A stretch of DNA of 57,901 nucleotides, from assembly GCA_046597065.1 (NCBI GenBank), contig JBKJLI010000003.1:356841-414741 (forward strand), read 5' to 3'. This document shows, piece after piece, positions 34,233 to 41,799 of the stretch. This stretch comes from Candidatus Saccharimonadia bacterium (lineage in GTDB: Bacteria; Patescibacteriota; Saccharimonadia; UBA4664; SCTI01). The notes below the pieces were generated by a model. It was not told the origin of the DNA and did not search any database. It saw nothing but the letters and a program-made list of their open reading frames with translations. Positions within the stretch are counted from its first letter, which is position 1, and each line of letters begins with the position of its first letter. Position numbers and translations under genes: made by a program.

Positions 34233-34583
34233 ATGATCCTCCAGCCTGGTGATACGATCCAGATCATCAACGGTCCATCGAAGTTCGACTTCGCTATGGC
34301 TTTCGTCGATCGCTTCGGGCCGTCCGACGATGTGCGCTTTAAGCGCGAACAGCGTTCGGTGCTGTTCACAACTGGGTTCAGGACCGCGGTCGGCGACAAT
34401 GCTGTCGCGCTTTGCGCCAAGGTCAGAATCGTTACCCTGAGGCACGAAAACGGTACCGGCCACGGCTGGTACTTCGAAGGGGTCCTTACGGGTACTGGTT
34501 CTTTTACCTCACCCGCCACAAGCGAGCGGATCAAGGGTTTCTACGACTCCCGTTCGCATAAGGGATTCTTTGAAGCAAACTAA
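34233..34583 (+). CDS. Hypothetical small beta-rich protein (116 aa)
   Basis: ATG at 34233 follows GAAAGG. Translation MILQPGDTIQIINGPSKFDF...GWYFEGVLTG...IKGFYDSRSHKGFFE looks protein-like, whereas the antisense ORF 34103-34534 is S/R/P-rich. G+C-rich. Confidence 0.55.
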   Translation: MILQPGDTIQIINGPSKFDFAMAFVDRFGPSDDVRFKREQRSVLFTTGFRTAVGDNAVALCAKVRIVTLRHENGTGHGWYFEGVLTGTGSFTSPATSERIKGFYDSRSHKGFFEAN

Positions 34584-34690
34584 CACCCATGACAGTTTCC
34601 GGTCTGTCTTTAATTAAAACCGGCGTAGTCAACGAATGTGATTTTGTTCTGACGAGCTTTAAAAAGCGAAACTACGTAAGGGGCGTTTTG

Positions 34691-35098
34691 TTATTTAGTT
34701 GGGTGGACTTCGCAGATGTGGGGGCCGCCGGCCAGCCACTCACTGCCGTAACGATAAGCCAAGGCATCGGCACTGTCGGGCCCCCAACTGCCAGATTTAT
34801 AGCGATCAATTGGGCGCTTATCAGCTCCCCAGGCGTCTAATACCGGCTGCAGTAAGCGCCAACTTGCTAGCACCTCTACGCTGGTAGCAAATAGCGACTG
34901 ATCGCCACGAATGGCATCTATTTAAACGCGTTGGTAGGCATCTGGGTGATCTTCGCCAAAGTTGCCCTGGTAACAAAACTCCATTTGCACCGGCTCAACA
35001 TCATCCGAAAATCCGGGTTTTTTGGCCAACAGTTTTAATGAAATCCCCTCGTTGGGTTGAATTCCAATTACCCTTAAATTGGCGAACTTGCATAGGAA
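34691..35098 (-). pseudogene. zwf: Glucose-6-phosphate dehydrogenase remnant: C-terminal ~135 codons only, with an in-frame TAA
   Basis: Hand translation: FANLRVIGIQPNEGISLKLLAKKPGFSDDVEPVQMEFCYQGNFGEDHPDAYQRV*IDAIRGDQSLFATSVEVLASWRLLQPVLDAWGADKRPIDRYKSGSWGPDSADALA...W. This matches the conserved G6PD C-terminus (IQP.EGI, AYE.L..D...GD.TLF, Y.AGSWGP). Stop at 34922-34924. The N-terminal ~330 codons are absent. Confidence 0.8.
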
Positions 35099-35100
35099 CA

Positions 35101-35129
35101 TTGATTAATACTACAAGATGTGGTATAAG
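35101..35129 (+). promoter_or_regulatory. Candidate promoter TTGATT-17 nt-TATAAG at the zwf truncation point
   Basis: -35 at 35101-35106, -10 at 35124-35129. Begins about 3 nt beyond the last zwf-like codon. Confidence 0.5.
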
Positions 35130-35197
35130 TTTGTTAGATTGTTGAGATACACGCTCGGCAATGGCAACTTCCCTCCTCCCGGAAAGGCTAACAATTT

Positions 35198-35572
35198 ATG
35201 CCTGCATCAACGATGTCCCGTGCCTACAAGCTCGCAATCATCTACGTTGTAGGGATGATTGTTACAGCAGCGCTGATCAGCTTAGTGAGCTCATTCCAGC
35301 ACACCAGCAGCAAAGAGCTGAACTCAGCTGCAAAGGCTGGATTGGCCATGCGCTACCCGAGTGTAGTATCTGTGAGGCTTGAAACCCACGACAATGGTTT
35401 CCCGGGTATGGCCAAGATTTACGGGTCCGGCACCTTTAACTACGCCGGGGCATCTTGCCAGCTCCCCTTCAGCAAGATTGGTGGGGCCTACAGGATTCAG
35501 AACACCGGCGCCAAGGGCGCATGTGCTCGGATCCCCCGGGCGATCAACAATCAGAACCCTTTTGGGGACTAG
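35198..35572 (+). CDS. Hypothetical membrane-anchored/secreted small protein (124 aa)
   Basis: N-terminal TM/signal anchor LAIIYVVGMIVTAALISLVSS, then a Gly/Ala-rich globular part containing two Cys. Own promoter and a strong terminator. Confidence 0.55.
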   Translation: MPASTMSRAYKLAIIYVVGMIVTAALISLVSSFQHTSSKELNSAAKAGLAMRYPSVVSVRLETHDNGFPGMAKIYGSGTFNYAGASCQLPFSKIGGAYRIQNTGAKGACARIPRAINNQNPFGD

Positions 35573-35585
35573 CGGCATTGGCCGC

Positions 35586-35620
35586 GGGGTGGTACGCCTA
35601 ACGTGTACCACCCCTTTTAT
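35586..35620 (+). terminator. Rho-independent terminator
   Basis: GGGGTGGTAC (35586-35595) pairs with GTACCACCCC (35605-35614), a 10-bp perfect stem, then TTTTATT. Confidence 0.85.
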
Positions 35621-35633
35621 TCGTTATTATTTA

Positions 35634-35662
35634 TTGACACAATGCACTTTGGGGCGTATAAA
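35634..35662 (+). promoter_or_regulatory. Near-consensus promoter TTGACA-17 nt-TATAAA driving the ORF-less segment
   Basis: -35 at 35634-35639, -10 at 35657-35662, 17-nt spacer. Starts 14 nt after the preceding terminator. Confidence 0.6.
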
Positions 35663-35668
35663 AATAGA

Positions 35669-36256
35669 GCTGTGTCACCTGCCGAGTCGCGAAACGATTT
35701 GTGCTGCAGGTAAGGTAGAATCCTAAAGAGGAGAGTTCACAGCAATCCTCTCGGCGAACTTAGCTCGTTCTAAGCGTCCGGAGACCAAACTGCTCTTCGG
35801 AGCATAAGGGTCCGCTGCGACGGTGCCCCAAACCGGGGCTGCGTTCAATCCGAGCCTCATCGGCTCCCAACTACGCTGCGGGGATGTTCTCCCGTTGCCA
35901 GGTGCGACCGCTAAAGTCGTACTCCCAATGTCCGTTGGGTTTACTCTCGAATTCGGACAATCGATCACGCATCCAGCGTGGCAGATTACATTCGAGGGTG
36001 CTCCTCTTTCGCGGGATCACTCCCAAGCTCCCGCTTAAGCGCCAGACGACGTCAAGCCGCAAGGCGAGGCATAGGGTCGTTTGACGGAGCGCCCCCGCGG
36101 GCGCCTCAACAAGGGGGTTACTCCCCGCCAATACTTAGTCTGCATCTAATGCAGGCAAGGCACTATCTACTTCCAAAGCACGTGTCGCCCTTGCTCACAG
36201 GGTTTTTCTCGAGTGTGAAGCCGGTCCAGACAGACTGACTCGAGGATATATTTTTT
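35669..36256 (+). ncRNA. Candidate large structured ncRNA (about 590 nt, possibly extending to 36341), class unknown
   Basis: No ORF over 86 codons; five overlapping junk-like ORFs on both strands. G+C-rich relative to its flanks. At least 14 hand-folded helices, including nested CGUC/GACC/GCUC-UUCG-GAGC/GGUC/GACG (35775-35822), GCCCC/GGGGC (35825-35839), GAGCC/GGCUC (35852-35866), GUGCGAC/GUCGUAC (35902-35922), CCCAA/UUGGG (35924-35939), CUCUCGAA/UUCGAGGG (35944-35998) enclosing CACGC/GCGUG, GCGGGA/UCCCGC (36011-36034), CGUCAA/UUGACG (36050-36086) enclosing GCC-GCAA-GGC, GCGCCC/GGGCGC (36089-36104), CUGCAU/AUGCAG (36140-36154). Confidence 0.5.
36208..36256 (+). terminator. Hairpin + T-run, candidate 3' end of the ORF-less transcript
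   Basis: CTCGAGT (36208-36214) pairs with ACTCGAG (36238-36244), followed by GATATATTTTTT. Confidence 0.45.
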
Positions 36257-36313
36257 ACCCACTTGTTGGGTGCCAACCTTTCAGCGGCTCCTCCCAGCTG
36301 TGCTGAGAGAGAA

Positions 36314-36341
36314 GGGCCGCCGCTATAAAAAGCGGCGGCCC
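36314..36341. terminator. Perfect 11-bp GC hairpin
   Basis: GGGCCGCCGCT-ATAAAA-AGCGGCGGCCC. No clean T-run on either strand, so it may be a second terminator or a protective 3' stem. Confidence 0.4.
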
Positions 36342-36431
36342 TAAACTATTTGCAATCATTATTAACCATGAGCTTTGCTTCCACCCTAACTGGCAATACG
36401 CTAATGGGCATCCGCTAATTATTTAGCAACC

Positions 36432-36460
36432 AAAAACGACCCCTTGTGGGGCCGTTTTTT
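36432..36460 (-). terminator. Rho-independent terminator of the RRM-protein gene
   Basis: On the - strand: AAAAAACGGCCCC-ACAA-GGGGTCGTTTTT, 16 nt after the stop at 36477. Confidence 0.75.
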
Positions 36461-36476
36461 ATTGGCTTAGCGGTTG

Positions 36477-36737
36477 CTAGAAGCGCTTTTCAGGTGGGCG
36501 AGCCACGCTGACAGCAATCTGGCGACCATCAAGATCGTGACCATCGAGCGCCTTAATGGCGGCCTCGGCCTCGGCGTCGGTCGACATTTCAACAAAACCA
36601 AAGCCTTTTGAGCGGTTGGTTTCGCGATCTGTGATAACGCGAGCCGAAGAAACGGTTCCGTGAGCTGCAAACAGCTCCTGGAGTTCGCTATCGGTGGTGG
36701 CGTAAGGCAGGCGCCCTACGTATAAACGGTTAGACAT
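36477..36737 (-). CDS. RNA-binding protein, single RRM domain
   Basis: RNP-2 LYVGRL and RNP-1 KGFGFVEM. 86 aa. Confidence 0.92.
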   Translation of the reverse strand: MSNRLYVGRLPYATTDSELQELFAAHGTVSSARVITDRETNRSKGFGFVEMSTDAEAEAAIKALDGHDLDGRQIAVSVARPPEKRF

Positions 36738-36871
36738 TTGAATTCCTTGTTAGTAATCGCAGTCGACCTTTATAATTCTCTAGGCGATCTACGAACTAAC
36801 GCGTAATTCTCAGCTATCGAATGATTCCTGCTCGCCCCCACTCTACACCTGTCTAGGCAAAAAGTAAATGC

Positions 36872-38008
36872 TTAAAAAACCCAGCGGCCCCAGCTGGCGA
36901 TTAGCTGGCGCAGTTTTTTGAGTAACGGTCGTTGGCTCCAGGCCACCCGATCAACTTCTATAGCGTGTTTAAGATCAGTATTAAACTGCTTAGTCAGCTT
37001 GTCTACAATCGTTTTGCTATCAATTAGCAGATTAAATTCATCATCGTGTTTTAGGGTTCGAAAGTTCAAATTGGCGGATCCTACCGAAGCTAATTTGCCG
37101 TCAACCAAAGTGATTTTACAGTGAATCTTAGTTGGTTGGTATTCGTAGATTTCTAGTCCGGCTCTTAGCATTTGACCATACCAGTGGCGTCCAGCATCGC
37201 GAGCAACACCATGGGTAGCGTGTGGGCCATTTAAGAGTAGTCGTACACGAACACCGCGTTTTACGGCCGCTTTTAAAGCGGTTCTAAGCTGGCGAGTTGG
37301 ACCAAAATAGGCGCTTACTAGAATTAAATCGGTTTTGGATTCACGAACCAAGTGAGTTAAATGCTCGCCCACTTGAGTCATACGATTAAAGCGCCAGTGG
37401 CTGTCTATTGCCATAATGTTGGTTCCCCGCTCACGTGCGACCGCCGGTAATGAAGAATCTATTTGTGGCAACAAAACTTTACTAAAACGCCGCCAGCTTT
37501 TATCAAAAGCCGTAATCATGTCGCGGATAATCGGCCCCTCTAGCTGAAAGTGAGTATCTCGCCAACGCAATGGATAGCTGCCAGTAGCATGATCCCAGAA
37601 ATCAGCTAACCCAACCCCACCCGTAAATGCGGTTTGGCCATCAATTATCAGCAGTTTTTTGTGTAGATGGTGATTAAAGTCGAGCAACTTCCATGGGTTA
37701 AAAGGTTGATACCAGACCCAGTCGATGCCAGCCTGCCGCAGGCGATGCACCTGGCCTCGGTTAACTCGTCCCGATCCGTATTCATCTGCCAATATGTAGA
37801 TTTTAACGCCCTCTTTGGCCCGAGCAATCAGCGCGTTCTCGAAGCGATTAAACATTTCGCCGGCTTGCATGCAAAAGTTGGCAAACAGAATGGTTTGCTT
37901 AGCCTCGATAATAGCTCCAAGCATGGCGGCATAAGTTTCGGGTCCGTCATCGAGCACTTTAATGTCGTTGCCGCCTACCCATGTAGTTTGGTATTTCGAG
38001 GATGTCAT
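36872..38008 (-). CDS. Phospholipase D family protein / cardiolipin synthase-like
   Basis: Two HKD motifs: HKKLLIIDGQTAFTGGVGL and HCKITLVDGKLASVGSANLN. Confidence 0.85.
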   Translation of the reverse strand: MTSSKYQTTWVGGNDIKVLDDGPETYAAMLGAIIEAKQTILFANFCMQAGEMFNRFENALIARAKEGVKIYILADEYGSGRVNRGQVHRLRQAGIDWVWYQPFNPWKLLDFNHHLHKKLLIIDGQTAFTGGVGLADFWDHATGSYPLRWRDTHFQLEGPIIRDMITAFDKSWRRFSKVLLPQIDSSLPAVARERGTNIMAIDSHWRFNRMTQVGEHLTHLVRESKTDLILVSAYFGPTRQLRTALKAAVKRGVRVRLLLNGPHATHGVARDAGRHWYGQMLRAGLEIYEYQPTKIHCKITLVDGKLASVGSANLNFRTLKHDDEFNLLIDSKTIVDKLTKQFNTDLKHAIEVDRVAWSQRPLLKKLRQLIASWGRWVF

Positions 38009-38259
38009 TAGAACTATGATGTCAGTCTACCCACTAACCGTCAAACCATGATTTCGGCCTGTGGAAAACTATTGGCTACCCACCACCAGGTAGTAATTGC
38101 CATGTGCTGCGTCAAACTTGTCACAATTTTGTAAAAATGCCCTATTGACCACTCTACGGGCCACTGTTAGCCTAAGATTTCGTGCCGCAGTGAGGTGGGT
38201 TTTTTGGCAGACTGTGTCGCCAACCCAGGGGTACGTTTTGAATAAAGCAAAGGAGCAAT

Positions 38260-38841
38260 ATGCGTAAATTCGCTAGGCTGCTACTGATTGTAGCGGCAGG
38301 AACTGTGATTGCTGGAGGAACCGCCCAGGCGGCCGAAAGCAAACCTAAAGATCAACCTAAACATGTGGTTGCGGCCGGAGAGTCACTCTCTTCTATCGCA
38401 ACCGACAGCAAGCTCGAGAACTGGCGACCAATTTGGAATGCCAACACCCAGCTCACCAACCCAGACGTCATCAACGTTGGCCAGGAACTGATTGTGCCAA
38501 ACGATAAGGCCGATGATCGCCCGTTGCCGGCAGGCTACGGCGAGGTGGCACCAGCGCCTGTTAAATCAAATGGTGCTGTACGAGCCAGCAGTCACTTTAA
38601 TGGTGGGGCTGCTCCTACTGGAGACATATTTGCCCGCATACGTGCCCGTGAGGCCGGTGGAAACTATGCCACTAATACCGGCAATGGCTACTACGGTGCC
38701 TACCAGTTTAACCTTGGTACCTGGCAAGGAGTTGGCGGTAGTGGCTTGCCATCAAACGCCTCTCCGGCCGAACAAGACATGCGTGCGGGGATGCTTTACG
38801 CACAACGTGGCTGCAGCCCCTGGCCCCAAACCTGCTACTAG
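38260..38841 (+). CDS. Secreted LysM + transglycosylase-like (Rpf-type) cell-wall protein
   Basis: Signal peptide MRKFARLLLIVAAGTVIAGGTAQA. LysM HVVAAGESLSSIA...VGQELIVP. C-terminal GGNYATNTGNGYYGAYQFNLGTWQGVGG...SPAEQDMRAGMLYAQRGCSPWPQTC, resembling the actinobacterial transglycosylase-like domain. Confidence 0.75.
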   Translation: MRKFARLLLIVAAGTVIAGGTAQAAESKPKDQPKHVVAAGESLSSIATDSKLENWRPIWNANTQLTNPDVINVGQELIVPNDKADDRPLPAGYGEVAPAPVKSNGAVRASSHFNGGAAPTGDIFARIRAREAGGNYATNTGNGYYGAYQFNLGTWQGVGGSGLPSNASPAEQDMRAGMLYAQRGCSPWPQTCY

Positions 38842-38895
38842 GCTTTAAATAAACTTTTAACCAGCGACGGGAGACCCACCTCCCGCCGGGCCTAA

Positions 38896-39822
38896 TTAGA
38901 CTTTAACGCGCCGATTAGACAGCGCCAGCCACCCATTGGCCATCAAGCCATATGCGATTCCGGTTGCTACTATACTGACTCGCATTAACAAAGTGGCAGT
39001 CACAGATAGTGCAGCGCCAAGATCAAGCAGCAGCAGCCACCCTATGCCAACCTGTTCGCTGGCTCCCAGACCACCAGGCAAAAACGATATAAAGCCGATA
39101 ACTATTGGTAGTACATAGAGTAATGCGGCTTCGGGCAGACTAATGCTACCACCAACCGCAACCACGCTAATATAAGCTATCGCTACTCCGATCGCTTCGG
39201 CCAGTAACGATAGCGCTACAAGTGTAAAGAATGCGCTGCCTTTTAAAAGCTCTTGGCTATTTTTGCTAAAGTACTCAATTTTGGCACGGCTGATGTTTAC
39301 CAACGGTAAGCGGTTAAAGCCACTTAAAAGACTCCTAAACCCACCAAAACGCACCGCTACTACAGCTGCTCCGACAACTATCAACAAACCGGCGGCTGTT
39401 AAACGCCCTAACTGTAGCTGTAGCGAGGCAATTGCCGCCACTGTGGCTAGCGCTAGTGCCTCAAGAATCCCCTGGGTGGTAAAGATTGGCAAAATTTGTG
39501 AGGTTGGAACCGTTTCGTGCACGTGCACCATCCTCACTCGGTACAGTTCACCTCCGGGTAATAACGACACCGGCTGTGCGGCTAGGTAAAGTTGAGCCAC
39601 TCTCCAAAACGGCAATCTTACTTTTAACTCACGTAAGATATAGCCGTAGCGCAGGATTTTGATGCCGTAATAGGCCAAACTTGCAATCAACAGTAATACT
39701 AGCGATTCAGCATCGATATTGCGGACAATCAACCAAACTTGGTCCCAGGGCGCCAGTCGTACAATAATTAAAATCAGAACGGCGCTAATGAGGGCCGGCA
39801 AAATGGTACGCAGCAGCTTCAT
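38896..39822 (-). CDS. Polytopic membrane protein, lysylphosphatidylglycerol-synthase-TM / flippase-like (UPF0104) family
   Basis: About 8 TM helices with the layout typical of that family. No catalytic motif recognised. Confidence 0.5.
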   Translation of the reverse strand: MKLLRTILPALISAVLILIIVRLAPWDQVWLIVRNIDAESLVLLLIASLAYYGIKILRYGYILRELKVRLPFWRVAQLYLAAQPVSLLPGGELYRVRMVHVHETVPTSQILPIFTTQGILEALALATVAAIASLQLQLGRLTAAGLLIVVGAAVVAVRFGGFRSLLSGFNRLPLVNISRAKIEYFSKNSQELLKGSAFFTLVALSLLAEAIGVAIAYISVVAVGGSISLPEAALLYVLPIVIGFISFLPGGLGASEQVGIGWLLLLDLGAALSVTATLLMRVSIVATGIAYGLMANGWLALSNRRVKV

Positions 39823-39840
39823 AACGCGATTATAGCGGAA

Positions 39841-40437
39841 TTAAGGACCTTGGGTGACTCGAACTTCGGCTGGCAGTGTACCAGACCCTAGTCCTTCAAG
39901 TTGGCTATAGCTACCTCGCGAGAGATCAATGATGCGGTTAGTACCGGCAGTTGGCCCGTAATCATTAACTAAACAAGTGACTTTTTTACCATTACGTAAA
40001 TCGGTAACTTCTAAGTAGCTTCCTCGAGGAAACTGTCTTGATGCGCAGGTTAGTGCATCTGGAGCTCTAAGGCCAAGTGCGTACCAACTGGCTTGGCCCG
40101 ACTGGTCGGCTGGTCTAATCCCAGAAGCTTTGTTTGCTTGAGCAGCACGAATGTAAACATCAGCATCAATTGGCTGGCCAGATGGGGGGACCAAATTACT
40201 AGCGGTCGCCACCACCACACTGGTTACGCAAAGTACCACTGCAATCGCCAATGCTAAAACGCCAAAATGGTGAGTAGCCTGTCTTTGATGGCTTAATCGA
40301 TGCCAACGAGCCTTAGCTGCCGCCGAACGCTTTAACACAGCGATCTTGGCGGCTTTTCCACGCGGCGCAGGCTTGCTGGCCAACGCGACTGGTGCAGACT
40401 TCTTTTTAGCGGTGGATTTTTTAGTTTGAGTTTTCAT
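39841..40437 (-). CDS. RlpA-like double-psi beta-barrel (DPBB) protein
   Basis: Basic N-terminus + TM, then ASWYALGLRAPDALTCASRQFPRGSYLEVTDLRNGKKVTCLVNDYGP. Confidence 0.75.
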   Translation of the reverse strand: MKTQTKKSTAKKKSAPVALASKPAPRGKAAKIAVLKRSAAAKARWHRLSHQRQATHHFGVLALAIAVVLCVTSVVVATASNLVPPSGQPIDADVYIRAAQANKASGIRPADQSGQASWYALGLRAPDALTCASRQFPRGSYLEVTDLRNGKKVTCLVNDYGPTAGTNRIIDLSRGSYSQLEGLGSGTLPAEVRVTQGP

Positions 40438-40465
40438 TTTTGAATTATTGAATGTCTCGCTTTAA

Positions 40466-41725
40466 TTAGTAGCTGACGGTTTTCCCTAAAGGCACGATGC
40501 TGTACCAAGTATTTCCTTTGTCTAACGGAATCTCTTTGCCAGCAACATCTAACAGTTTGGTGCGATCGGTATGAGCCGATTTAACCCAAGTTCCTTCAAT
40601 TGCTGTGCCGTCACGAAACACTACCGCTTTGCCCGACCCTGGTGTGCCCATTATTACAGTTTGTTCCCCAATTCGAGTAGTGCCGTAGCTGGTAGGCATG
40701 TACTCTACAACGACGTTTTTAACCTTAATTTGCTGATTGTCATTGCGGTCAACATGTGGCGCCCCAGCCAAAAACCGTAAATAACAGTTACAGGTGGCAT
40801 CATACTTATATTCAACTTGGTACCCTGTATAGGAGTAGTTGATGTTAATATCCGGGTGAGGCGCCCCGGCTACGGGTGCATCAGCTTGGCGTAAGTTGGG
40901 TTTAAAGCTAGATGGTACGCCGTAGCCTAATTTTTTCTCTAACTCATCTAACTTGTCACTAGATGTGTAGAGGTTATGTGGCGCATAACGATCATTTGCG
41001 CGCCAGAAATACCCACCATTAGAAAACTGGTTCAAATCTTTCATGCCCAACGGGCCGATAAGGTCGAGCGCGTCAGCATTGCCTCCGGCGTGGGCCACTG
41101 GTGCGTTAAACTCAAGAGCCCAATCTACAAAGTAGGTACGGACCGAGCGAACTGGGCCCAGGGTCGCAGGGCGGTTTTCTAGATAAAAGGCTAAAAACCT
41201 GGTAATACCACCTTCTGCCAAGGCTTCGTATACTACTCCGGCTTGCCCCAAACCGGACTGTGGCCGCGCGTCGGTATGGTTTTCGATTACAACCGCTGTT
41301 ATGGGCCGATCGGCTAACTCTGGCGCCAGCTCAACTCCAGTTAAGGGGGAGGCTTTGGTTGTAGGTTTGGGCGGAACTTTCTTAGGAACATGGACTTCAC
41401 TAGAAACCTGATCTACTGGCTTGGTGAACTGAATATAGGCCCAAGCGCTGACCGGCAGTACGATTAGTAAGCCGATAGCCATGATTATTCGTGTATGGTG
41501 GGTTTGAACGAAGTTTTTGAAGCCCTGACCTTTAACTGGTTTATCCTCTGGCATTTTAAAATCGTCGAGAGGTGGTGCGCTTTCAGCCTGAGGTGTAGCG
41601 GCGGCCGGCTTATCCGCTTTTTTAGCTGGATTTGTGGTCACAGAAATTACTTGCTCGGTTATGGGAGTGTTATTAACCGATGGATTAGAACTTTTGGGAT
41701 TTGGTTTTTTGGACGGAGCCGCCAT
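40466..41725 (-). CDS. DUF3048 (YerB-like) domain protein, membrane-anchored
   Basis: PITAVVIENHTDARPQSGLGQAGVVYEALAEGGITRFLAFY matches the DUF3048 signature. Confidence 0.75.
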   Translation of the reverse strand: MAAPSKKPNPKSSNPSVNNTPITEQVISVTTNPAKKADKPAAATPQAESAPPLDDFKMPEDKPVKGQGFKNFVQTHHTRIIMAIGLLIVLPVSAWAYIQFTKPVDQVSSEVHVPKKVPPKPTTKASPLTGVELAPELADRPITAVVIENHTDARPQSGLGQAGVVYEALAEGGITRFLAFYLENRPATLGPVRSVRTYFVDWALEFNAPVAHAGGNADALDLIGPLGMKDLNQFSNGGYFWRANDRYAPHNLYTSSDKLDELEKKLGYGVPSSFKPNLRQADAPVAGAPHPDININYSYTGYQVEYKYDATCNCYLRFLAGAPHVDRNDNQQIKVKNVVVEYMPTSYGTTRIGEQTVIMGTPGSGKAVVFRDGTAIEGTWVKSAHTDRTKLLDVAGKEIPLDKGNTWYSIVPLGKTVSY

Positions 41726-41799
41726 GTGTGTATTTTATCATAATAGTGGTTATGCTTGAAGCTACGACACAGGATGCGTGACGACAATACTTCATATAG

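Noticed and set aside
34103-34534. 143-aa - strand ORF overlapping the 34233-34583 ORF.
   Set aside because: Its translation is S/R/P-rich and junk-like. The + strand frame has an RBS-like GAAAGG and a plausible globular sequence.
35723-36238. Five overlapping 66-86-codon ORFs on both strands (35723-35968, 35823-36038, 35871-36131, 35884-36084, 35978-36238).
   Set aside because: They are mutually exclusive, have no RBS, and give Arg/Pro/Ser-rich translations. I interpret them as open frames arising by chance in G+C-rich non-coding sequence. A decayed gene on the - strand cannot be fully excluded without blastx.
35669-36256. Tested whether the ORF-less segment is RNase P RNA, tmRNA or a group II intron.
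   Set aside because: There is no GAGGAAAGUCC / GUAAGAGCGCACC-type RNase P blocks on either strand. GGGGGTTACTCCCCGCCA superficially resembles a T-arm plus CCA but lacks a 7-nt acceptor strand and a matching 5' end. There is no GUGYG 5' end or domain V consensus, and no RT ORF.
38009-38259. Possible c-di-AMP (ydaO-type) riboswitch upstream of the Rpf-like gene, as found in actinobacteria.
   Set aside because: The leader after the best promoter candidate is only about 90 nt, and I could not find the paired ACGGGGA/CCCGA-type conserved blocks.
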